A program made the translations under genes and the position numbers. From an uncultured Desulfatiglans sp. (lineage in GTDB: Bacteria > Desulfobacterota > DSM-4660 > Desulfatiglandales > HGW-15): a DNA stretch of 64,000 nt. This document shows positions 57,257 through 64,000 of the stretch, piece after piece; position 1 is the stretch's first letter, and each line of letters begins with the position of its first letter. The notes below the pieces were generated by a model, which saw nothing but the letters and a program-made list of their open reading frames with translations, ran no database searches and was not told where the DNA came from. The stretch lies in the NCBI GenBank assembly GCA_964499695.1, contig CAZCMD010000005.1:1710-65709 (forward strand), given 5' to 3'.

Positions 57257-57925
57257 ATGAGTATTTTTACGAGATTCAGGGACATTGTAAATTCAAATAT
57301 TAATGCGATGCTTGATAAGGCTGAAGACCCGGAAAAACTGATTAAACTGATGATACGTGAAATGGAAGACACACTGGTGGAGCTTAAGGCCTCATGCGCC
57401 GGTGTTATGGCTGGCAGTAAAAAGATTGAAAGGAATATATCAGAGGTAAAGGGCCGTGTGGAGTACTGGGCAGAAAAGGCGCCCCTTGCCGTAAGCAAGG
57501 GACGTGATGATCTGGCCCGTGAAGCACTCATCCAGAAAAAGAAGTATGCTGAAAGGGTTACATCTCTTGAAGCAGAGCTCAAGGAGCATGAGGCGCTTAT
57601 TGATGAATACCAGAGTGATATCCGTCAGCTTGAAGACAAACTCGCGGGAGCAAGGGAAAAGCAGCGGATTCTTGTACAGAGGCATATCCATGCGACCAGG
57701 AAGAGGAAGGCCCAGGAAGATATCAGACGTGCAGAAAACAGTGATGCGATTTTTCGCTTTGAAGACCTTGAAAACCGGATCGAGCGCATAGAGTCAGAGG
57801 CTGACCTGGTAAACTATGGCAAGAGCGGGGCACTTGAGACGGAATTTGAAGAGCTGGGACTTGATGATGAGATCGAAAAGGAACTTAGTGCGCTTAAGAA
57901 TTCAAAGGCCCAGAAGGAAGGGTAA
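57257..57925 (+). CDS. pspA: Phage shock protein A
   Basis: 222 aa with N-terminus MSIFTRFRDIVNSNINAMLDKAEDPEKLI and a coiled coil throughout. Confidence 0.95.
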   Translation: MSIFTRFRDIVNSNINAMLDKAEDPEKLIKLMIREMEDTLVELKASCAGVMAGSKKIERNISEVKGRVEYWAEKAPLAVSKGRDDLAREALIQKKKYAERVTSLEAELKEHEALIDEYQSDIRQLEDKLAGAREKQRILVQRHIHATRKRKAQEDIRRAENSDAIFRFEDLENRIERIESEADLVNYGKSGALETEFEELGLDDEIEKELSALKNSKAQKEG

Positions 57926-58029
57926 ATTTTTTGATAAGGATTTTTCTGTCTGTATTGCATAAAACCGTCATGAGGTATATTGTCATCTTAAAGTCTTAAT
58001 ATCACGGAACACAGGAAGGAGATAAAGAG

Positions 58030-58251
58030 GTGGTATTCTTTGAAAGCATATTCGGGTTTGTGATCGTTATTGTGGCTTTGGGCATAACCGCTGATATCAT
58101 TAAAAGATGGATGAAGTCAAAGGAGAGAAATATACCGGATGAACTGCTTAACGGCTATGAGGCAAGGCTGAAGAAGCTTGAAGAGCGCATGTCAAACCTT
58201 GAGACAATAGTCCTGGAGCATGAAAGAGACAGAAAATTTTCGTCACTGTAA
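58030..58251 (+). CDS. PspB-like small membrane protein, copy 1
   Basis: 73 aa with GTG start. One TM helix then LKKLEERMSNLETIVLEHE. Confidence 0.6.
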   Translation: MVFFESIFGFVIVIVALGITADIIKRWMKSKERNIPDELLNGYEARLKKLEERMSNLETIVLEHERDRKFSSL

Positions 58252-58284
58252 ACATCTATTTTATGATCAGAAGGGGATCTGGTA

Positions 58285-58536
58285 ATGGGTATCGCTGAGG
58301 CAATTGTTTCGCTGGGAGTCGTCTTAATAGTCTTTGGTTTTATAAGCAGCACCATCCTGATAGCGATTAAGCTAATCAAGGGCGGCGCATCAAAAACAGT
58401 GCAGAAGGGTCATGCCGATGAGGCAAGGATGATTCAGGAGATATACCAGGGGCTTGCCAGGATGGAAGAACGAGTTGAATCCCTTGAAACCATTCTCATG
58501 GAAAGGGAAAGGGCAAGAAAGGAAAATAACAAATGA
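58285..58536 (+). CDS. pspB: PspB-like small membrane protein, copy 2
   Basis: 83 aa. One TM helix then EARMIQEIYQGLARMEERVESLETILMERE. Confidence 0.7.
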   Translation: MGIAEAIVSLGVVLIVFGFISSTILIAIKLIKGGASKTVQKGHADEARMIQEIYQGLARMEERVESLETILMERERARKENNK

Positions 58537-58991
58537 GAGGGTATGACAGATACAGATATCATAGAGACAGGGGGGCTGGATTTATGAAAGAGCATTTTTC
58601 AAGGGATCGTTTTGAGGGTGTACTCAACGGTGGTTTATACCGTTCACGGAATGGTGCAATAATGGGGGTATGCCGCGGTGTAGCAGAACACTTTGACCTT
58701 TCTGTGTTCTGGGTGCGGTTTTTTACCATATTGCTTTTTGTTTTTACCGGTTTCTGGCCTACCGGGATTATCTATTTTGCACTGGCGTTTTTACTGAAGC
58801 CTGAACCTGTTGTCCCTCTCAGTAATATGGATGAGCAGGAGTTTTATGACAGCTATTTAAGGTCAAAGGAGATGGCGACCGATCGCATAAGCAGGCGTTA
58901 TGGGAGCCTTGAAAGGCGGCTCCAGAGGATCGAGCATGCTGTTACCACACCTGAGTTTGATTGGGAGAGCAGGCTGAATGGTAACCAGTAG
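58533..58991 (+). CDS. pspC: PspC-domain envelope stress protein
   Basis: 152 aa with LYRSRNGAIMGVCRGVAEHFDLSVFWVRFFTILLFVF. Confidence 0.85.
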   Translation: MRGYDRYRYHRDRGAGFMKEHFSRDRFEGVLNGGLYRSRNGAIMGVCRGVAEHFDLSVFWVRFFTILLFVFTGFWPTGIIYFALAFLLKPEPVVPLSNMDEQEFYDSYLRSKEMATDRISRRYGSLERRLQRIEHAVTTPEFDWESRLNGNQ

Positions 58992-59020
58992 TTACAACCA
59001 GCCCTTATAATGCCTCTATT

Positions 59021-59078
59021 TGTCATGTCGGCCGGAGGAGATTGAAAAGAAAGATATCTCCTTTCGGTCGATATGACA
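59021..59078. repeat. Palindromic repeat, family B, copy 2
   Basis: tgtcatgtcggccggaggagat faces atctcctttcggtcgatatgaca, between the convergent pspC and blc. Confidence 0.65.
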
Positions 59079-59083
59079 GTGAG

Positions 59084-59611
59084 TTAATGTTTTACAAAGA
59101 TAAGTGCATCAGTATTAAAACCGTAGCTTTTTATCTTCATAATGAGTTCATCAATTATGGATTTATCAAGCTGCGGTTGTCTTGCAAGTATCCATAAATA
59201 TGATCTGTCAGGCCCACATACTACTGACCAGGAATATTCCTTCTGGTCAAGCACTATGATGTTGTATCCACCGTAAAAAGGGCCGAAAAATGAGACCTTG
59301 AGCCTGCCTTCATCAGGGTTCTTCACAAAGTATGCCTTACCTTCTGCCTCTTTCCACCTGTTTTTTATTTGGTCAAAACCCCTGTTTATAACCCTTATGC
59401 CACCATCATCCCTTTTGCTGTAATTTGCTGTAACCTTTTCGAGCCCGCGCTCAAAGGAGTGGTCAAGCCTTGCGATCTCATACCATGTGCCTAAGTATCT
59501 GTCAGGCTCAAAACCGGTCACAGGGGTGACATTGTCAGGGATATTCACACAACCTCCGGTTAAAAAAAGAATAACTGCAAAAAGCCATTTTTTAAAATTA
59601 TTTTTTATCAT
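59084..59611 (-). CDS. blc: Bacterial lipocalin Blc (outer-membrane lipoprotein)
   Basis: 175 aa with lipobox LTGGC, YLGTWYEIARLDHSFERG and YWILAR. Confidence 0.9.
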   Translation of the reverse strand: MIKNNFKKWLFAVILFLTGGCVNIPDNVTPVTGFEPDRYLGTWYEIARLDHSFERGLEKVTANYSKRDDGGIRVINRGFDQIKNRWKEAEGKAYFVKNPDEGRLKVSFFGPFYGGYNIIVLDQKEYSWSVVCGPDRSYLWILARQPQLDKSIIDELIMKIKSYGFNTDALIFVKH

Positions 59612-60356
59612 TTCTCTGCCTCATTATCTCTGAAATAACCACACCCGCTGCCACAGAGACATTTAAAGCATCGATCTTTCCACTTGAGGGTATTTTAAGT
59701 GTCTGGTGACAGCGTTTAAGGATTATGGGGCTTATCCCCTTTTCTTCGTTTCCCAGGATGAGAAGGATGTCCCCGGTAAATGTAAAGTCATAAATAGTTT
59801 GTTTTCCCTCGCCCGATGTACCAATGATCCAGAAGCCTGATTCGTCAAGCATCTCAATGGCTCTCCCGAGGTTGACCACAAGGGAGACAGGCACATGGGC
59901 ATGACCGCCTGAAGATCGTTTCATCACAGCGCCCGAAACCCTTGCTGAACGGTCCTTTGGGATGATGATCCCGTTAACGCCGAAGAAGGCTGCTGTCCTA
60001 AGGATAGCGCCGAGGTTGCCTTCATCCGTGATGTGGTCGATTGCTATGAACAGCCTTTTACCTTTTAAACTGGTGGAGGCATTTATCAGGTCTGTCAGTT
60101 CTGTATAGTTAAAACCCTCGGTGAGTGCAGCTATCCCCTGATGATTTGTCCCTGGAAGAACCATATCCAGTGTTGAATTATCCTTTTCAAACACCGGTAT
60201 ATTATGCTTCTCTGCAAGCCCTGTGATCTCCTTGATTCTCTGGGATGATTTTTCATGATCTACCCATATCTCAACAATGCTGTTTCTATTGTTAAAGATG
60301 GCCTCCCTGACGCTGTGGATCCCCGGGATAAACTGGATGTTACTTTTTGTCTGCAT
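59598..60356 (-). CDS. rlmB: 23S rRNA 2'-O-ribose G2251 methyltransferase RlmB (SpoU/TrmH family)
   Basis: 252 aa with an N-terminal substrate-binding domain and SPOUT motifs (DPGNLGAILRTA-like DEGNLGAILRTAAFFG, LILGNEEKGI, SLNVSVAAG-like ALNVSVAAG). Confidence 0.88.
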   Translation of the reverse strand: MQTKSNIQFIPGIHSVREAIFNNRNSIVEIWVDHEKSSQRIKEITGLAEKHNIPVFEKDNSTLDMVLPGTNHQGIAALTEGFNYTELTDLINASTSLKGKRLFIAIDHITDEGNLGAILRTAAFFGVNGIIIPKDRSARVSGAVMKRSSGGHAHVPVSLVVNLGRAIEMLDESGFWIIGTSGEGKQTIYDFTFTGDILLILGNEEKGISPIILKRCHQTLKIPSSGKIDALNVSVAAGVVISEIMRQRNDKK

Positions 60357-60374
60357 ATGGGATTCATGACCTCT

Positions 60375-60977
60375 CTATATGCCTAATCTTGTTTCTACTT
60401 CAGACAATATTCTATAATTAGCACATCTGTCCGCAAGGATTACGGATTCAAGGGCCTTTGTGGCCTTTTCGAGGTCATCATTAATGATCAGGTAGTCATA
60501 CCAGCGAGAGTTTTCAAGCTCTTTGGCTGCAAGGGCTATCCTCTTTTTAAGGGCCTCTGTGCTGTCGGTTGCCCTGTCCCTTAAACGCTGTTCCAGTATC
60601 TCCCTTGAAGGGGGAAGGATGAATATCAGGAGAGAGTCCGTGATCTTCTCTTTAATATTCTTCGCGCCCTGTATGTCAATATCAAGGATAATATCCTGAC
60701 CAGCTTCAAGTTTATCTGTAAGTGTGCCATAGGATGTCCCGTAATAATCATCGTATACTTGCGCCCACTCCACAAAGGCATTACTATCGATCATCTCCCT
60801 GAATTTTTCTTTTTCGACAAAAAAATATTCTCTGCCATCCTTTTCACCGACACGGGGCTTTCTGGTTGTATGGGAAACAGAATAACCAATGTCTACGATC
60901 CTTTCCCTTACCCCCTTTATCAGCGTAGATTTACCGGCACCTGAAGGGCCGGATATAACGAATATCCTGCCTCTCAT
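60375..60977 (-). CDS. gmk: Guanylate kinase
   Basis: 200 aa with [10 protein letters not shown] and TTRKPR..E.DG.EYFF. Confidence 0.96.
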   Translation of the reverse strand: MRGRIFVISGPSGAGKSTLIKGVRERIVDIGYSVSHTTRKPRVGEKDGREYFFVEKEKFREMIDSNAFVEWAQVYDDYYGTSYGTLTDKLEAGQDIILDIDIQGAKNIKEKITDSLLIFILPPSREILEQRLRDRATDSTEALKKRIALAAKELENSRWYDYLIINDDLEKATKALESVILADRCANYRILSEVETRLGI

Positions 60978-61258
60978 AATTCCTCTTCCGGCTCCAGTTC
61001 ATCCTTGCTCAGGATCAGGTCAGGGCTGAATCTCTGGGCAATAGTTTCAGACTGGATTGCAGAGAGTATCACATGATTACTGTCGGTTATTATTACAGAC
61101 CTTGTTTTTCTTCCCTGTGTGGCATCGATAAGCCTTCTATCCTCCTTGGCCTCATCCCGTAATCTTTTTATGGGCGCTGCATTCGGTGAAATAATGGCCA
61201 CGACCCTTCTTGAGACAACAGAATTGCCGAACCCCACATTAACAAGTTTCTGAGTCAT
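60974..61258 (-). CDS. remA: DUF370 / RemA-family regulator
   Basis: 94 aa with [56 protein letters not shown]. Confidence 0.88.
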   Translation of the reverse strand: MTQKLVNVGFGNSVVSRRVVAIISPNAAPIKRLRDEAKEDRRLIDATQGRKTRSVIITDSNHVILSAIQSETIAQRFSPDLILSKDELEPEEEL

Positions 61259-61269
61259 TGTTTACCCCC

Positions 61270-62148
61270 TTATTCTATGTTCTGTATCTGCTCTCTGATT
61301 TTTTCAAGTTCAGCCTTTACCTCAACGGCACAGGTTGAAATGTATGTATCAGATGCCTTTGAACTGATAGTGTTTATTTCACGATTCAATTCCTGTATCA
61401 GGAAATCAAGTCTCCTGCCGACTGAATCATCCATCTCCATATATGTATGAAACTGCGTGAGGTGACTTCCTGCCCTCACTATCTCTTCTGTTATATCGCA
61501 TCTGGTCGCAAACAGGGCCACCTCCTGGGCAAGCCTGACCTCATCAATCTCAAGCCCCTCGGCAATAACCTCTATGCGGCTTTTCAGTTTTTCTTTGTAT
61601 TCCGCGACAACAGATGGCGCCCTTTCCTCTATCCTGTCAAGATACCCTTTAATAAGGTCAAGTCTTTTATCAAGATCATCTGCAAGGGCCTTCCCTTCAT
61701 TTGTTTTCATGGTTTCAAGTGAGTCAAGTGCCTGACCGAGCAGTTTTGATATGGCATTCTTTAGCTCTTCAGGGTCAGGCCCGCTTGTTTTCGGTATGAT
61801 TGCATCCCTGAGCTGGAGAAAGAATTCAGGCTTAATCTTTTTATCTGTACCAAACTCCTCATGCATCTCATGAAATATTTTTGTATAAGCCGTAAGCAAT
61901 GGCCGGTTATATTCAATGTTGTATGTAGTCGCTTCATCACCTGTTATCTGTATGGATGCCTCAATCCTGCCCCTTTTTACCCTGGCTGATATCTCTCCCC
62001 TGATTAACTCTTCATATTCCTGAAGGGTATTTGGCAACCTCAGTATAATATCCCTGTAGCGGCTATTGAGGGCCTTTATCTCGGCTGTGAGGAGGTTTTT
62101 ACCAAACTCGAAATCGCTGCGTCCGTATGCTGTCATGCTTTTTAACAT
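61270..62148 (-). CDS. yicC: YicC/YloC-family endoribonuclease
   Basis: 292 aa with N-terminus MLKSMTAYG and C-terminal GRRLDFLIQELNREINTISSKA. Confidence 0.9.
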   Translation of the reverse strand: MLKSMTAYGRSDFEFGKNLLTAEIKALNSRYRDIILRLPNTLQEYEELIRGEISARVKRGRIEASIQITGDEATTYNIEYNRPLLTAYTKIFHEMHEEFGTDKKIKPEFFLQLRDAIIPKTSGPDPEELKNAISKLLGQALDSLETMKTNEGKALADDLDKRLDLIKGYLDRIEERAPSVVAEYKEKLKSRIEVIAEGLEIDEVRLAQEVALFATRCDITEEIVRAGSHLTQFHTYMEMDDSVGRRLDFLIQELNREINTISSKASDTYISTCAVEVKAELEKIREQIQNIE

Positions 62149-62684
62149 AGTTGATCTTCTATACCTCTTAACTGGTTCTTGTATTTTTCGCGCTCATTAT
62201 TGAAAAAGGCTATGGACTCCTGGTCTGCATAATCCCTGTACGACCATTCCAGGGGTTTAAAAGTGCCCTTGTTGAATACTAAAGTAAGGTCTGCGTATAT
62301 GCCATGACCGAGATAAATCCTGTGTGTATAGTTCTTCCCTGTTGCAAGTACAAGGCGTTCAAGGCAGATGTATCCTGGGTCAATGTTTATCCGTCTTTTG
62401 CTGTTTATTGTATACTTTTCTTCGATACTGTTGGAAGTCAGCTTTTTTTCTATAAGCTCTTCAGGGGATATGAGCTCCCTGAATGTAACAAAACGGCGGT
62501 ACAGAGGCCAGCCCATCTCTTTCTCATAGTACCTTGTGCGGTCAAACATGAGCCAGGGGGTAATAACATCTGTAGCGCCAAATGCCTCTTTAAGCTCGAT
62601 AATGACCTGATCTATAAGCTCCTTTTCAGCAGAAAAGAGGCTTGCGATAAGTTTTACCCTGTCTGATTCTCTCGGTGTGCTCAT
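62142..62684 (-). CDS. DUF4416-family protein
   Basis: 180 aa. Pattern KLIASLF..YYEKEMG..INIDPGYI..LVLATGKNYTHRIYLGHGIYADLTL. Confidence 0.65.
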   Translation of the reverse strand: MSTPRESDRVKLIASLFSAEKELIDQVIIELKEAFGATDVITPWLMFDRTRYYEKEMGWPLYRRFVTFRELISPEELIEKKLTSNSIEEKYTINSKRRINIDPGYICLERLVLATGKNYTHRIYLGHGIYADLTLVFNKGTFKPLEWSYRDYADQESIAFFNNEREKYKNQLRGIEDQLC

Positions 62685-63706
62685 CAGTTATTCGACCTTT
62701 GTTTTTTCCGGTTTTTTATGGCCTCTTTCAACTGCGTTGCTGTAACTGTTGATGTGCCGACCTCTCCAACTACTATGCCTGACGCAAAATTGGAGACGAG
62801 GGCAGCCGACTCCCTGTTCATCCCTGATGCAATGCCAAGTGATAAGGTGCTTATTACAGTATCTCCTGCACCTGATACATCAAATACCTTCTGTGCAACC
62901 GTGGGAATATGACATGGCTCAGCGCCTGCTTCAAAAAGGGTCATGCCATCTTTACCCTGGGTAATGAGCACAGAGCGGCACTTTAGTTTATCAAGGATGT
63001 ATTCGCCTGCACGAACAAGCGATTCATCATCTTTTATTGTAAAACCACAGAATGTCCCGGCCTCATGATGATTAGGGGTAAGGATGTCGACCTCTCTGTA
63101 ATACTTGAAATTTTCGGGCTTCGGATCAACGGCGACAATAATATCCGAACCGGAAATGATCTCCTCAACTGCCTTTATCATGTGAGATGAGACAACCCCC
63201 TTGCCATAGTCAGAGATTATAATTGCATCTATATCATTAAGATGCATCTCTAAGGTTTTAAGGAGTCTTCGCATGATTGCATGGTCAACAGGCATTTTAG
63301 TTTCCCGGTCATATCTTACAACCTGCTGATTCCTTGCAACAATCCTCGTCTTGATGCTTGTATGTCTTGTGTTATCAACTATGATGTCTTCAGTGCTTAT
63401 GCCTAGTTCACTGATCCGGTTAATGAGGTAACTGCCATATTCATCATTTCCAACCACTCCACAGATTATGCATTTACCCCCAAGGGAGTTTATGTTGTTT
63501 AAAACATTTGTTGCCCCGCCAAGTCTCTTTGTCTCACTTGTAACATTTACAACCGGTATCGGGGCCTCGGGTGATATCCTTGAAACGTCCCCCCAGATGT
63601 ACTCATCAAGTATCATATCGCCTATTACCATGATCCGGCTTGATGAGAACCTGTCTACAAACCTTATCAGTTCTTTATTGGAGTAGTTTCCGTCTATACT
63701 GCGCAT
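62684..63706 (-). CDS. hldE: D-glycero-beta-D-manno-heptose-7-phosphate kinase (RfaE/HldE domain I, PfkB family)
   Basis: 340 aa with MVIGDMILDEYIWGDVSRISPEAPIPVV and the PfkB motif DVSGAGDTV. Kinase domain only. Confidence 0.85.
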   Translation of the reverse strand: MRSIDGNYSNKELIRFVDRFSSSRIMVIGDMILDEYIWGDVSRISPEAPIPVVNVTSETKRLGGATNVLNNINSLGGKCIICGVVGNDEYGSYLINRISELGISTEDIIVDNTRHTSIKTRIVARNQQVVRYDRETKMPVDHAIMRRLLKTLEMHLNDIDAIIISDYGKGVVSSHMIKAVEEIISGSDIIVAVDPKPENFKYYREVDILTPNHHEAGTFCGFTIKDDESLVRAGEYILDKLKCRSVLITQGKDGMTLFEAGAEPCHIPTVAQKVFDVSGAGDTVISTLSLGIASGMNRESAALVSNFASGIVVGEVGTSTVTATQLKEAIKNRKKQRSNN

Positions 63707-63927
63707 AATATTCTCATGTTGCGTTTAATGTAATTATTTAATATTATTCAAAATTATGATTTACTGTAAGCCGGTAAATTATCATCATAGGGAAATCTTG
63801 TCCATATAAATTCTCAAGCTTAAATGAACAACCTGGTGTAACCAATGTTTGAAGTTTATTGACATACATTATAACCTGAACTAATTACTATAGCTTAACA
63901 ACCATATCTAAAAGAGGGCTCTTTCCA

Positions 63928-64000
63928 TTGAAGATAATAATTGTCGGCGCGGGTGAAGTCGGTTTTTATTGTGCTCAGAAACTGTCTGAAGAGGGTCAGG
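63928..64000 (+). CDS. trkA: TrkA-like potassium uptake NAD-binding protein, 5' fragment (runs off the window)
   Basis: TTG-KIIIVGAGEVGFYCAQKLSEEGQ, a Rossmann GxGxxG motif at the extreme N-terminus. Confidence 0.55.
   Translation, partial: MKIIIVGAGEVGFYCAQKLSEEGQ

Overview
This 64-kb chromosomal window comes from a Gram-negative, sigma-54-containing, apparently anaerobic bacterium. The evidence is LPS genes (kdsA, kdsC, lptCAB, hldE-type kinase), hybrid-cluster protein, FeoB and COG1900 homocysteine synthesis. Gene content resembles Desulfobacterota/Nitrospirota-type genomes, but the taxon cannot be fixed from sequence alone.

Most of the window is ordinary housekeeping:
- greA-yjbQ and the feo operon.
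- The E. coli-like block kdsA-kdsC-lptC-lptA-lptB-rpoN-hpf-ptsN.
- gap-tpiA-secG-tRNA-Leu(GAG) and hcp.
- uvrC, an M23 peptidase, secA and argJ.
- The pspF/pspA-B-B-C phage-shock locus.
- blc-rlmB-gmk-remA-yicC-DUF4416-hldE.

Three accessory stretches stand out:
1. 23.2-32.2 kb: an AraC-flanked aminosugar/glycan locus. It pairs an HGSNAT-like membrane acetyltransferase with a GH89 alpha-N-acetylglucosaminidase, a DUF218 protein, a NagB-LmbE fusion and a ROK kinase remnant. The two operons carry a 70-bp promoter/operator block that is 60/70 identical.
2. 32.2-36.6 kb: an AT-rich patch of gene relics. It holds an intact Phd antitoxin with a 28-codon ParE-like toxin stump, a methyltransferase fragment, a core-less methyltransferase and two intact methyltransferases. 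Two tandem cupin paralogues and a 59-aa protein follow.
3. 46.7-53.2 kb: an AT-rich ECF sigma/anti-sigma island with a triplicated TGTAACC-N15/17-AGTC promoter motif. It also holds a double alpha/beta-hydrolase fusion, a serine hydrolase and a decayed IS200-like Y1 transposase.

At least three families of intergenic palindromic repeats occur. Five genes show frame disruptions or an in-frame TAG. All of them are accessory genes, while long homopolymers inside uvrC stay in frame.

I found no rRNA, CRISPR array, intact transposase or recognisable defence system. The best candidate for something undescribed is the AraC-controlled HGSNAT-like/GH89 locus. The cupin operon and the ECF island come next. 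Novelty cannot be established without database searches.
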